Source: an uncultured bacterium (GTDB taxonomy: Bacteria; Gemmatimonadota; Gemmatimonadetes; Gemmatimonadales; Gemmatimonadaceae). From it: a stretch of DNA of 64,000 bases. Location: contig CAXBQP010000001.1 of NCBI GenBank assembly GCA_963978095.1, positions 64,001 through 128,000 of the forward strand, written 5' to 3'. Position 1 is the stretch's first letter; the number at the start of each line of letters is the position of its first letter. Shown in pieces: positions 40,068-49,896 of the stretch. A program made the translations under genes and the position numbers. The notes below the pieces were generated by a model that had not been told where the DNA came from, made no database searches, and was given only the letters and a program-made list of their open reading frames with translations.

Positions 40068-40516
40068 GCGCCCTCCCGGGAGAAGAGGGACACATACTGC
40101 GCATATCCTTCCGCCTCGAGCCGTTCCCGCGGGACGAACCGCAACGACGCCGAGTTGATGCAATAGCGAAGCCCCGTCGTGCCGGGACCGTCAGGAAAGA
40201 GATGTCCCAGATGCGAGTCGGCGCCCGCTGACCGGACTTCGATGCGTCGCATGCCGTAGCTGTGGTCACTGTGCTCCGTGATGTTCGCGGGCTCGATCGG
40301 ACGGTCGAAACTCGGCCACCCGGTGCCACTGTCGAACTTGTGTACCGACGAGAACAGCGGCTCCCCGGACACGATGTCCACGTAGATCCCGTCTTCGTGG
40401 TGGTTCCAGAACGCGTTATTGAACGGCGGCTCGGTGGCACTGCACTGCGTGACTTGGTACTGCGTCTCGCTCAGCCGCGCCTTCAGTTCAGGATTCTCTG
40501 GTCTGGTCTTGTGCAT
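40064..40516 (-). CDS. msrB: Peptide-methionine (R)-S-oxide reductase
   Basis: [33 protein letters not shown]. Confidence 0.96.
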   Translation of the reverse strand: MHKTRPENPELKARLSETQYQVTQCSATEPPFNNAFWNHHEDGIYVDIVSGEPLFSSVHKFDSGTGWPSFDRPIEPANITEHSDHSYGMRRIEVRSAGADSHLGHLFPDGPGTTGLRYCINSASLRFVPRERLEAEGYAQYVSLFSREGA

Positions 40517-40609
40517 CAAAGTTGCCTCCGGGCGAGCGTGGCGTCGAGTGACTATTCTACGAAGCGCTCTCCGTTGGCGTCACCCCCACGCGTCCTCCCT
40601 GTCCGCCCC

Positions 40610-41599
40610 ATGATTGTCCCCGCACCGCTCTCCCCGCTCGACCTGCAGGATATTCAGGACGCCGCCGACCGGATTGCCGGCACCGCCGTGCGCACCCCGC
40701 TTCTTCGATTGTCCACCGATACCGGGACCCACAACGAGACCGAGATCTGGCTCAAGCTCGAGTCGCTCCAGCCGATCGGATCGTTCAAGCTCCGTGGAGC
40801 GCTCAGCGCCGTCCGTGCCCTGCCGCCATCCGATCTGGCGGCCGGCGTACACACGACGAGCGCCGGCAACTTCGCGCAGGGACTCGCGTGGGCCGCCCGC
40901 GAGGCCGGCGTACCGTGCGCGATCTTCGCACCGGACCACGCCCCGGCGACGAAGATCGAGGCCATCCGACGGCTTGGCGCCGAGGTCACGCTCGTGCCGT
41001 TCGCCCAATGGTGGCACTGGCTACAACAGCATCAGGTCGACGGCGCCGCCGGCACCTATGTCCACCCGGGCGCCGACCGGCGAGTGATGGCGGGCAACGC
41101 GACCATCGGTCGGGAGATTCTGGCCGATCTGCCGGACACGGATGCCATCCTGGTGCCCTATGGTAGCGGCGGGTTGGCCTGCGGAATTGCCTGCGCCGTT
41201 CGGCTGCTGCGCCCGACCGCACGGATCTTTCCGGTCGAACGCGCCGGCGTCGCCCCCTATGGCGCGGCGCGGGCCGCGGAACGGCCGGTGACGATCCCCT
41301 ACACCCCGAGCTTCATCGACGGAATGGGCGGCACGACCGTGCTTCCCGAGATGTTCCCGCTCGCCCAGCAGCTGTTGGCTGAGTCGCTCGACGTCACGAT
41401 CGACGAAGTCGCCAGCGCCGTGCGATGGCTCGCCGAGCGCAATCGCATCGTCGCCGAGGGGGCAGGTGCCGCCCCGGTCGCGGCCGCGTTGCGGCATGCG
41501 CGCGCCATCGGGGTTCGTCGCCTCGTCTGTGTCGTGTCCGGCGGCAACATCGACACCCCGACGCTCGCGACCATTCTGGCCGGCACCACACCGTCGTAG
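40610..41599 (+). CDS. Threonine/serine dehydratase-family PLP enzyme
   Basis: LKLESLQPIGSFKLRGA, SAGN, GSGGL, SGGNID. Confidence 0.9.
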   Translation: MIVPAPLSPLDLQDIQDAADRIAGTAVRTPLLRLSTDTGTHNETEIWLKLESLQPIGSFKLRGALSAVRALPPSDLAAGVHTTSAGNFAQGLAWAAREAGVPCAIFAPDHAPATKIEAIRRLGAEVTLVPFAQWWHWLQQHQVDGAAGTYVHPGADRRVMAGNATIGREILADLPDTDAILVPYGSGGLACGIACAVRLLRPTARIFPVERAGVAPYGAARAAERPVTIPYTPSFIDGMGGTTVLPEMFPLAQQLLAESLDVTIDEVASAVRWLAERNRIVAEGAGAAPVAAALRHARAIGVRRLVCVVSGGNIDTPTLATILAGTTPS

Positions 41600-41643
41600 C
41601 GCCTCACCCGCCCCGGTCTCTCGGGGGCGCGGATCTGCCTCCG

Positions 41644-43050
41644 CTACGGCTTGGCGAGGCGCGTTTTGGTCCAGATCGCGATCGTCGGGCAGACGACCGC
41701 GTTCACCGTGAACTCGGTGGGGATCGAGTTCAACGCCGTGTACGTTTCGATGGCCGCGACGATCTTCACTGGCAAGGCGCGATCCAGATCCCCCGACTCC
41801 ATCTGCTCGAAGCGCGCGCGATCCACGAAAATGGTCACGCACCCCGCGGTCGTCCCCGCCGCCGAGCGCGTGGACTCGATCACGCGCCCGGACGCCGAGG
41901 ACGAGACCTTGAAGCCAGGAAGCTGACGCAGGAGATCGGTGACCAGGATCGGATGCAAATCCTCGATCTCCTTCGGTCCCATGAAGCGGCTCCCCTGCGT
42001 CAACCGCTTGCGATCATTGAAACCGACGCGCTCCAATCCCTCGTCGAACTCGCCGGCCACCTTGACGGTGGGCAGCGCCTGCGCAGCATCGGCCATCGCC
42101 ACCACGACCTCCGCCACGCGCTTGGGTGAGAGCTCCACCGGAATCGCATACACCGAATAGCCGACTTTGCGTACCTGCAACATCTGCGTGCCCGACGGTA
42201 ATCCATCGAGCGCAAAACGACCCTCGGCATCCGTGATTCCGCGCGCCGCCGTACCCGCCACCGTAACCTCGGCCCCGGCCACTGCCGCACCGGAGCGCGC
42301 CGCAACGCGCCCTCGCAGCGCGGAAACGGATGGCCCCGTCCCCACCACGAACCGCACCGCCGCGATGGGCGCACTCTCCGCCGCATGCTTCACCTGGATC
42401 TCGGCTTTGGCCGGCGAGCCGTTGCTCGAGAACGCGACCTCCAGCGAGCCCGCCAATGCATCCGGCAACCCGCAGATCGCGAACGCCCCTTTGGCATTCG
42501 TCCGCGCCTGCCGCACCCGCTCCGGCGCGGTCGCCCCGTTCGCGGCATCCCGGTACACGAACGACAGGGCCGCGCCTTCCACCGGCCGGTCGTCGTCCGC
42601 GTTGATGACCCGGCCGAACACGATCGTCGGACCAGCGTTCGCAGCGGCACTCCGACTGCAGTTCGTGGCGCGGAACTCAGCGAGCGTCGGCGTGGACGCC
42701 GATACATCCACGCGCTGCCCCGCGGGGAAATCGATCGGAGGACTGATCACGGCGATCCCCAGCGAGTCGAGGAAGGGATGCTCGATCGATACTTGAAACT
42801 GGCCGGCGGGGACGCTGTCGAGCACGTACTGCCCGCGCATGTTCGTGACCGTTTCGCGAGCGGTGCTCAACACGCGCACCCGCGCGCCTGCCAATGGGCC
42901 GCCTCGCAGGGAATCGCCGATGATTCCGAACATCGTTGCGACCCGACGTCCGGCCGACACGGACGACGGATCCTGCGCCCCCAGCGCAGCGGACGCGCCA
43001 GCAAGCCCCAGTGCGAGCACCACCCATGCCCGACAAATCCGGATGCGCAT
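41644..43050 (-). CDS. Exported protein with multiple carboxypeptidase-regulatory-like domains and a plug-like C-terminus
   Basis: Signal peptide, three prealbumin-like repeats, C-terminal DLLRQLPG..CVTIFVD..IETY..C..IAIWTK. Confidence 0.75.
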   Translation of the reverse strand: MRIRICRAWVVLALGLAGASAALGAQDPSSVSAGRRVATMFGIIGDSLRGGPLAGARVRVLSTARETVTNMRGQYVLDSVPAGQFQVSIEHPFLDSLGIAVISPPIDFPAGQRVDVSASTPTLAEFRATNCSRSAAANAGPTIVFGRVINADDDRPVEGAALSFVYRDAANGATAPERVRQARTNAKGAFAICGLPDALAGSLEVAFSSNGSPAKAEIQVKHAAESAPIAAVRFVVGTGPSVSALRGRVAARSGAAVAGAEVTVAGTAARGITDAEGRFALDGLPSGTQMLQVRKVGYSVYAIPVELSPKRVAEVVVAMADAAQALPTVKVAGEFDEGLERVGFNDRKRLTQGSRFMGPKEIEDLHPILVTDLLRQLPGFKVSSSASGRVIESTRSAAGTTAGCVTIFVDRARFEQMESGDLDRALPVKIVAAIETYTALNSIPTEFTVNAVVCPTIAIWTKTRLAKP

Positions 43051-43841
43051 CAGAGCAGCGTGTTGGTCCACCCGCCATCGGCGGCGATGGCCTGCCCCGT
43101 CACGAAGCCCGCGCGATCGCTCGCCAGAAACGCGATGACGGCGGAGACTTCGTTGGGCTCCCCCAGGCGACGCGCCGGCGTTTGTGCCGACCAGTTCGCA
43201 TACACGTCCTCGCGCGTCCCGCCGGTCCGCGCCACGGTGTCGTCCGCGAGTTGCTTGAGGCGATCCGTCGCCGTGTAGCCTGGAAGTACGGTGTTCGCGG
43301 TCACGCCATCCGCCGCAATCTCGTCAGCCAAGGAACGGAAATACCCCGTGACCGCCGCCCGCAGCGTGTTGGAGAGCGCGAGATTCGTGATCGGCCGCTT
43401 CACTGCCATCGAGGTGATGCCGATCACGCGCCCCCACTTGCGAGCGCGCATCCCGGGCACGAAGGCACGACACAGCTCGACCGCGCTGCGCAACAGGAGC
43501 GCGGTCGCCTGGTCCCACTCCGCCCACGAGTGTTGCGTGGCCGGGCCGGGGGTCGGCCCTCCGGTATTCGTGATGAGAATATCGACGCGACCGTCGAACT
43601 GTTCCTGCATCGTCCTCACCACGACGTCGATGCCCGCGGCCGTCGACACATCCGCCGCGATCGTCGCCGCGACGCCGCCAACGGCGCGGAGCGCCTCCGC
43701 AGCGCGCGCGAGCGAGCCGGCATCCCTCGCGCAGATCACGACACGCGCGCCCTCCCGGACCAGATCTTCTGCGGCGGCAAAGCCGATCCCGCGGCTCCCG
43801 CCACACACCAAGGCGACTTTGTCGCGAAGGCCGAGCTCCAT
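43050..43841 (-). CDS. Short-chain dehydrogenase/reductase
   Basis: GGSRGIG, DILITNTGGP, NTVLPG, GQAIAADGG. Confidence 0.92.
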   Translation of the reverse strand: MELGLRDKVALVCGGSRGIGFAAAEDLVREGARVVICARDAGSLARAAEALRAVGGVAATIAADVSTAAGIDVVVRTMQEQFDGRVDILITNTGGPTPGPATQHSWAEWDQATALLLRSAVELCRAFVPGMRARKWGRVIGITSMAVKRPITNLALSNTLRAAVTGYFRSLADEIAADGVTANTVLPGYTATDRLKQLADDTVARTGGTREDVYANWSAQTPARRLGEPNEVSAVIAFLASDRAGFVTGQAIAADGGWTNTLL

Positions 43842-43842
43842 T

Positions 43843-44229
43843 CTACTTCTGCTCGCGGATGTAGGCGTCCGACCCGTCAAGCCAGTCGGCACGGGGCGGC
43901 GTGAAGAAATCGAGATCGAGCGTATCCTCGAGCGCGTGAGCCTCATGCCGCACGTTCCCCGGAATCAGCAACACTTCTCCCGCCCGCACGTCAACGTACG
44001 GCGCGTCGGGTGCCTTGTCCGCGTTCTCCCCCACCCAGAACCGTAGCGCCCCCTCGAGGATGTACGTCACCTGCTCATTGTGATGCTCATGCGCCTTCAC
44101 GATCGAGCCCTTCTTGAGGAAGACCTGCGCCACCATCGCGCGGTCGCCGGTCAGCACCTTGCGCGACAGCAACGGCGTGAGTTGCTCCAGACGAACATCG
44201 CTCCACGCGTGATGAGTGGCCTCGGCCAT
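43843..44229 (-). CDS. Cupin domain protein
   Basis: HEHHNEQVTYILEG, IPGNVRH, DFFTPPR. Confidence 0.9.
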   Translation of the reverse strand: MAEATHHAWSDVRLEQLTPLLSRKVLTGDRAMVAQVFLKKGSIVKAHEHHNEQVTYILEGALRFWVGENADKAPDAPYVDVRAGEVLLIPGNVRHEAHALEDTLDLDFFTPPRADWLDGSDAYIREQK

Positions 44230-44271
44230 ACGGTCCTCGAAATCGATGAAGGGTTGTGTTGCGAAAAATAC

Positions 44272-45675
44272 TCAACGGCTACCACTGCGCGGCCCCGTGG
44301 GACCGCCGCTCGGCCCACCAGGCCGGCGCCCACCACCTCGCCTGCCAGACCCGCCACTGCCGCCGGAACCACCGCCACTGCGTCCACCACCGGCGCCTGC
44401 CCCGGAGCGACCAGATGGGAGACGCCCGCCACCACCGCTCTGTTCACGGCGCTTCGCCTTCTCCGCCGCCCGCGCCCGCTCCTGCGCCTTCCGGGCACGA
44501 ATCTCCGCGATACGCTCGGCGAGCGGCACCTCCAGCTTCGCCGCAGGTTTTGCCGTGTAGTCGAAATCCGGTACGGTCACGCGCGGCAGGCGCTTGCCGA
44601 TGGCTTTCTCGATGCTCCGCAGATCGTTCTCTTCGTCCGGCGCCACGAACGTGAACGCCTCGCCCGTGAGTTCCGCACGGGCGGTACGTCCGACGCGATG
44701 GATGTAGTCTTCCGGCGCCGCCGGAACGTCGAGATTCACCACATGGCCGAGCGCTTCCACATCGATGCCGCGCGCGGCGATGTCGGTCGCCACCAGCACC
44801 CGATACGTGCCGTCCTTGAACCCGGCGAGCGCTGCGGTGCGAGCACTCTGCGAGCGGTTGCCATGGATGCGCTCGGCCTTGATGCCGTGCGTGACCAGAT
44901 ACGAGGCGAGCCGATTCGCGCGATGCTTGGTCCGCGTGAAGACCAACGCCTCTTTCATGTCGCCGCGCTTGAGCAGCTCGAGCAACAGGGCCGACTTCAG
45001 CTCGGCCGCCACCGGATAGACCGCCTGCGTGATGCCGACCGCCGGCGCTGACTGGCGTTCCACGTTGATCGTGGCCGGATTCAGCAACATCTCGCGCGAG
45101 AGTTGCGCGATGGCCGGCGGCATGGTGGCACTGAAGAACATCGTCTGCCGCTTGGCGGGAATGTGCCGGAGCACGCGGCGGATGTCGGGAAGGAAACCCA
45201 TGTCGAGCATGCGGTCGGCTTCGTCGAGCACCAGGTACTCGAGCTTGTCGAGCTTGGCGTACGGCATTCGGAAATGGTCGAGCAGACGCCCCGGCGTCGC
45301 GACGAGAATGTCCACGCCACTCCGGAACGCATGCTCCTGCGGCCCCATCCCGACTCCGCCATAGACCGCGGCCGCCGTGAGCGGAGTGTGCAGCGAAACG
45401 TCCTGGATGTTCGCGAGCACCTGCGCCGCGAGTTCTCGCGTCGGGACCAGTACGAGCGCGCGCGTCGCGCCTCGGGGTCCCGTCATGAGGCGATGGAGGA
45501 TCGGAAGGGTGAACGCGGCCGTCTTGCCGCTGCCCGTCATGGCGCAGGCGAGCACGTCGCGGCCACCGATCGCCGGCGGGATGGCATCCTGCTGGATCTG
45601 CGTCGGCTTCACATAACCGACTTCCTTGATTCCACGAAGCAAATCGGGGTGCAACGACCACTGGGAGAACGACAA
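44272..45675 (-). CDS. DEAD-box RNA helicase (RhlE-like) with Gly/Arg-rich tail
   Basis: Q motif PTQIQ, GSGKT, PTRELA, DEAD, SAT, HRVGRTAR. TTG start after GGAG. Confidence 0.94.
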   Translation of the reverse strand: MSFSQWSLHPDLLRGIKEVGYVKPTQIQQDAIPPAIGGRDVLACAMTGSGKTAAFTLPILHRLMTGPRGATRALVLVPTRELAAQVLANIQDVSLHTPLTAAAVYGGVGMGPQEHAFRSGVDILVATPGRLLDHFRMPYAKLDKLEYLVLDEADRMLDMGFLPDIRRVLRHIPAKRQTMFFSATMPPAIAQLSREMLLNPATINVERQSAPAVGITQAVYPVAAELKSALLLELLKRGDMKEALVFTRTKHRANRLASYLVTHGIKAERIHGNRSQSARTAALAGFKDGTYRVLVATDIAARGIDVEALGHVVNLDVPAAPEDYIHRVGRTARAELTGEAFTFVAPDEENDLRSIEKAIGKRLPRVTVPDFDYTAKPAAKLEVPLAERIAEIRARKAQERARAAEKAKRREQSGGGGRLPSGRSGAGAGGGRSGGGSGGSGGSGRRGGGRRPGGPSGGPTGPRSGSR

Positions 45676-45958
45676 CGGCAACTCCGGTCCTGGGCGCTGG
45701 CTTTCACCGGGAGGGGACCGCGGCGCCGCGCGGAATCCTCCTCCGTGAAGTATAGCCCCGTGCAGTCCTACGGTCGCGGTGCGCCGCGCGACGGTGGTCC
45801 TCCGCGTGGAGCCCCCCCTCCCCGCGTGCGAGACGGCAGAACCTGCTGCATCAGTCCCTCGGATCGTTCGGGAGGAAACCCTGCCCATCGGATTCCCGCA
45901 GGGGAGGGGGCCCATCAGTCGCGCCCAACGTCGACGTTGGGTAGTATTTCGAACGACC

Positions 45959-46672
45959 GTGTCCCATTCGCCTCTGCCACCCTCCGTCTCCCCCGATCCG
46001 GAAATCTCCGGACGACGCCTCCTCGCCGTGACCGAGGAGGAACTGCAACGGCTCGTGCTCGACGTGCACGACGGTCCGGTGCAGCACATCTTCGCGTCCC
46101 TGAGCCAACTCTCGCTCGTCCGCGCGCGGATCGCCGCCGTGCCCGAAGCGCTCGCGGCGGCCGAGCCGGGACTCGGGCATGCCGTGCACATGCTGGAACT
46201 CGCGCTGCTGGACCTGCGCGCCATGCTCACGGCGTTCCACGCCCCGGAGTTCGCCGACAAAGCTGTCGCGGAGATCGCCGAGGACATCGTGGTGCATCAC
46301 GAGACACTGACGGGCGGCACCATCGAACTCCACATCAGTGACGAGGTGTCGGATCGCCCGATTCCCGTCATCGTCAAGATCGCCCTGTATCGGATCCTGC
46401 AAGAAGCGCTCTCCAACATCCGCCGGCATGCCGGCGTGAACGATGGCGTCGTGCGCCTCACGCAGCAGAACGACCGGTTGCAGGTGCAGATCACCGATGC
46501 CGGACGTGGCTTCGACCCGCCACCGCTCGCCGGACCGGACGCCACCGAACGGCAGACCCACATCGGACTCCGCGGCATGCGCGAACGTGCCGCCATGGTC
46601 AACGGCAGCATCGCCGTGCGCTCACGCCGCGGCGAGGGCACGCAGGTCACCGTCACCCTTCCCCTCGCATGA
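45959..46672 (+). CDS. NarX-type (HisKA_3) histidine kinase with no evident sensor or membrane domain
   Basis: DVHDGPVQ H-box, YRILQEALSNIRRHA, DAGRGF, GLRGMRERA, GEGT. Confidence 0.85.
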   Translation: MSHSPLPPSVSPDPEISGRRLLAVTEEELQRLVLDVHDGPVQHIFASLSQLSLVRARIAAVPEALAAAEPGLGHAVHMLELALLDLRAMLTAFHAPEFADKAVAEIAEDIVVHHETLTGGTIELHISDEVSDRPIPVIVKIALYRILQEALSNIRRHAGVNDGVVRLTQQNDRLQVQITDAGRGFDPPPLAGPDATERQTHIGLRGMRERAAMVNGSIAVRSRRGEGTQVTVTLPLA

Positions 46673-47292
46673 CTGCCCCCGCACCCATTCGCGTCGTCCT
46701 GGCGGACGACCATGCGCTCGTTCTCGAGGGACTCCGCAACCTTCTGGCTGCCGAACCGGGCGTCGAGATCCTCGCCACCGCCACCGACGGCGCCGAAGCG
46801 CTGGACGCCGTGCGCCGCTATGCACCGGACGTCCTGATCCTGGATTACCAGATGACGGTCATGGGGGGCATCGCCTGCCTGCACCGCATCCGCGAAGAAC
46901 AACTCCCGGTCCGCGTCCTGATGCTCTCCGCCTTCGGTGACGCCCACGCCATGCGCACGGCGGTCGAGGGAGGTGCCGACGGCTTCGCCCTCAAGACCGA
47001 TTCACCGATCGCGACCATCGCCGCCATACGGCAGGTCGCCGCGGGACAGCTGGTCTTCCCGCAAGCGGCCCGTCGGTGGCTCTCCCCTTCAGCGCCGCCG
47101 GAAAACGACGCGCTCACCGAACGCGAGGAGAAAGTGCTCGCGCTGGTCGCCGAGGGCGCCGGCAATGCGCATATCGCCAAGACGCTCCACCTCAGCGAGA
47201 GCACGGTAAAGTTCCACCTCCGCAATCTGTTCGCGAAACTCGGCGTGTCCAACCGCACCGAGGCCGCTGCCCGATACCATCGTCGCGGCTGA
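46669..47292 (+). CDS. NarL/LuxR-family response regulator
   Basis: LADDH, LILDYQM phosphoacceptor Asp, LTEREE..TVKFHLRNLFAKLGV. Confidence 0.93.
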   Translation: MTAPAPIRVVLADDHALVLEGLRNLLAAEPGVEILATATDGAEALDAVRRYAPDVLILDYQMTVMGGIACLHRIREEQLPVRVLMLSAFGDAHAMRTAVEGGADGFALKTDSPIATIAAIRQVAAGQLVFPQAARRWLSPSAPPENDALTEREEKVLALVAEGAGNAHIAKTLHLSESTVKFHLRNLFAKLGVSNRTEAAARYHRRG

Positions 47293-47317
47293 CGGACCGC
47301 GTCCCGTCAGCGCCCCG

Positions 47318-48145
47318 TCAGCGCCCCGCCCGCGCGGCCAGGAACGGATCCCAGAACCCGGGATCGATGCGCACCGACAGGATCGCCAGCTCCAACACCG
47401 CGAGTGCACAGAGCACCGCGAGCATCGCCGCCTCCTGCCGCGCCGCCTCGGTCGCCGCGATGCGCGAGCGCCGCACCAGCATCGCGCTGCCGACCGCGCA
47501 ACCGGCCATGCCCACGAACACGAACGGCGCGTTGTGAGGCGGACCGAAGAACTGACGCAAATGCGCGAGATGCGGTGGCAGGAAGTTCCCCGCCGGATTC
47601 TCCACACCGAAGAAGACCGCCAACTTCGCGATTTGCTGCATTCCCCAGAACGTGAGCACGCCGTTCGCCCCGGCCTTGTTCGGGGCCCGAACCACCACGA
47701 GGTAGGCCAGCGCGATGCACGCCAGCGCCGTCAGGTCGCTGAAGATCGTCGCGCGGACGGCGAGCAGGGCTGATGCCCACGAGGGGACGAGGAACGGGGA
47801 CACCGCATCCGCCGTCGGCGCGATGCCGATGATCCACCCGCCATAGAACGTCACCGACACCCACCCCCAGATGACCGCCCCGCCAAGAAAGCTGCGCCGC
47901 GCCGACAGCGCACGGGTGTCGTGCCGGCCGCTCCAGATTTCCCAATAGCCGGCACACATGAGCCACGTCGCGGTCATCAGCGCGAGAAACCGCGTCGGTG
48001 CGCTGCGCTGCATGGCGATGATCAGACCCGTCGCCAACCACCAGAACCCGACGACCGTCCCGATCGCCCGCACGAAGAGGCTGCGCCCACCGGCCGGTAC
48101 GACGCCCGAAACCTCATGCGCCGCCCCACGCGCCTCCGTCGTCAC
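47318..48145 (-). CDS. puhE: Photosynthetic complex assembly protein PuhE (DUF3623-like)
   Basis: WWLATGLI, MQQIAKLAVFFGVEN..FLPPHL, LAVLE. Multiple TM helices, located at the PGC edge. Confidence 0.75.
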   Translation of the reverse strand: MTTEARGAAHEVSGVVPAGGRSLFVRAIGTVVGFWWLATGLIIAMQRSAPTRFLALMTATWLMCAGYWEIWSGRHDTRALSARRSFLGGAVIWGWVSVTFYGGWIIGIAPTADAVSPFLVPSWASALLAVRATIFSDLTALACIALAYLVVVRAPNKAGANGVLTFWGMQQIAKLAVFFGVENPAGNFLPPHLAHLRQFFGPPHNAPFVFVGMAGCAVGSAMLVRRSRIAATEAARQEAAMLAVLCALAVLELAILSVRIDPGFWDPFLAARAGR

Positions 48146-49893
48146 GCCCCCGCCCCCCCGGGCAACACGCCGGACCCGCGCACCGCATGGCTGATGGCCC
48201 GCGCGTCGCTATTCGGCAACGGCACATACCGCGCGCGCATCGCCTCAGCCAAGGTGGCCGCAAACGCCGAGGGACGGGGCGAGGTGTCCAGCAGGATCGC
48301 CGGTACGCTCATCGTCGTGAACGCGCGCGCCGACGCCAGCGCATCCTGCTCCGCCAACGGCCGCCCACCACTGCCATCGCGCGCGACATTGGCACGCGCA
48401 TCGGTCAGGAAGACGACCGCCGCCTCCTGACCCGAGCGCCGCGCGAGCAACGCCTGCTCCCGCGCGACATCGATCGCCGTCGCCAGCGGCGTACCACCGC
48501 CACCCGGCAACGCGGCCAAGGCCCGCTTGGCCGCGGCGATCGCACGCGTCGGGGCGAGCAACACGTCTGCCGTCTTGCCGCGAAACGCGATCAAACTCAC
48601 CAAATCCCGGCGCGCATACGACTCGCCCAAGAGCAGTTCCACCGCCCCTTTCGCCTCGGCCAACCGGTTCAGCGCCGACGAACCCGACGCATCGACGACG
48701 AATATCACCGTCGTGCCGTTGCGTTCGACATAGCGTCGCAGCCGAAAATCGTCGGGACGTATCTGCAAGCTCGTTCGTGACGCCGACGGCACCAACCGCC
48801 GCCGGACCTCTTGCCAAGGCGCGGCAGCACGGACCGTCTCCAGTACGTCCAGACGTCCCCCGCTCCGCGGATCGCCGCGTCGGGTCCCCACGCGTCGGCC
48901 ACGCTGCTGCGTCGCCCGCTCGGCGCCCGCCTTCCCCGAACTCGCCGCGGCCTGGCGATCCCGGCGGTCCTGCATCGCGAGCAAGGCCGCGGGCAGCACC
49001 GCTGCCATGACCTCCACGGTCAGGTCATCGAGCTCCCGGACGTCGTGGTCCCCCTCCGCCGGCTCCTCCGGTGGCGTGTCCGCATCGGGCGGCGGCGGGG
49101 GCTCTGAAGGAGGGGGCGGGGGCAACGGATCGTCCGCCGGGATCCGTGTCGCGCGTGGCCCGATCACCAGCGCGCAGGCGAGTTCGAGATCCTCCGGCGA
49201 CACTCGCGTCCGACCGTCCAGGGCGGCCGCTGCGCGCGCGGCGCGCACGGCGAACACCATCGCCCGCATCGAATCCACCCCGTGCGCGAGTGCCACCTGT
49301 ACCACCGCCCCCGGCATCGCGGGGTCCATCGTGACCTGCTTCAGCGCCGCGCGTGCCGTCAGGACCTCGGCGCGCGTGAGCAGCGCGTCCGACGGTGTGT
49401 CGCCGACTATGTGATGAAACGCGAGACGGTCGGCCAGCGCTGCCAGCACGGGCTCGTCGGGCTCCCCTTCGTCGATCGCGATCAGGAGCAACTCCGCGGG
49501 CGCCCCGGTGCCGAACGATCGCGGCGTCATCACGCGTCCCGAGTCGAGCACCGCCGACAGCCGCGACACGAGCCCTGACGATGCCCGCTCCGCCATCGGC
49601 AGCACCACCACGCCCCCATGCGCCGATGCGAGCACCCCCCGCTCCTCGACCGGCCGCGATGCCGCAAGCGTTGCCGCCAGATCGAGACCGCCGAGCAAGC
49701 GATCATCGCCGATGGTCACGGGCAGCCGTCGCACGGGGGCGCCCTCCGGCAACAACGCGGCCAACAGCGACACCCACCGACGCGCATGGTCCGGGGACGG
49801 CGCCCGCACCAGGGCACCGCCCAGCCCGACGGGGTCCACCGCCAACAGCGCCGCGACCGTCACGCCGCGCGTGTCCACATCGTCGCCGCGCAC
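48142..49893 (-). CDS. bchD: Magnesium chelatase subunit D
   Basis: DDRLLGGLDLAATL, Pro/acidic linker, RAAAPWQ, vWA MIDAS VDASGS, GGGTPLA, TDARAN. Confidence 0.93.
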   Translation of the reverse strand: MRGDDVDTRGVTVAALLAVDPVGLGGALVRAPSPDHARRWVSLLAALLPEGAPVRRLPVTIGDDRLLGGLDLAATLAASRPVEERGVLASAHGGVVVLPMAERASSGLVSRLSAVLDSGRVMTPRSFGTGAPAELLLIAIDEGEPDEPVLAALADRLAFHHIVGDTPSDALLTRAEVLTARAALKQVTMDPAMPGAVVQVALAHGVDSMRAMVFAVRAARAAAALDGRTRVSPEDLELACALVIGPRATRIPADDPLPPPPPSEPPPPPDADTPPEEPAEGDHDVRELDDLTVEVMAAVLPAALLAMQDRRDRQAAASSGKAGAERATQQRGRRVGTRRGDPRSGGRLDVLETVRAAAPWQEVRRRLVPSASRTSLQIRPDDFRLRRYVERNGTTVIFVVDASGSSALNRLAEAKGAVELLLGESYARRDLVSLIAFRGKTADVLLAPTRAIAAAKRALAALPGGGGTPLATAIDVAREQALLARRSGQEAAVVFLTDARANVARDGSGGRPLAEQDALASARAFTTMSVPAILLDTSPRPSAFAATLAEAMRARYVPLPNSDARAISHAVRGSGVLPGGAGA

Positions 49894-49896
49894 GCG

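Noticed and set aside
47305..47328. 12-bp tandem duplication cgtcagcgcccc at the PGC edge as a possible insertion scar
   Set aside because: Short, GC-rich and adjacent, so more consistent with slippage. No integrase, tRNA or distant partner repeat is visible.
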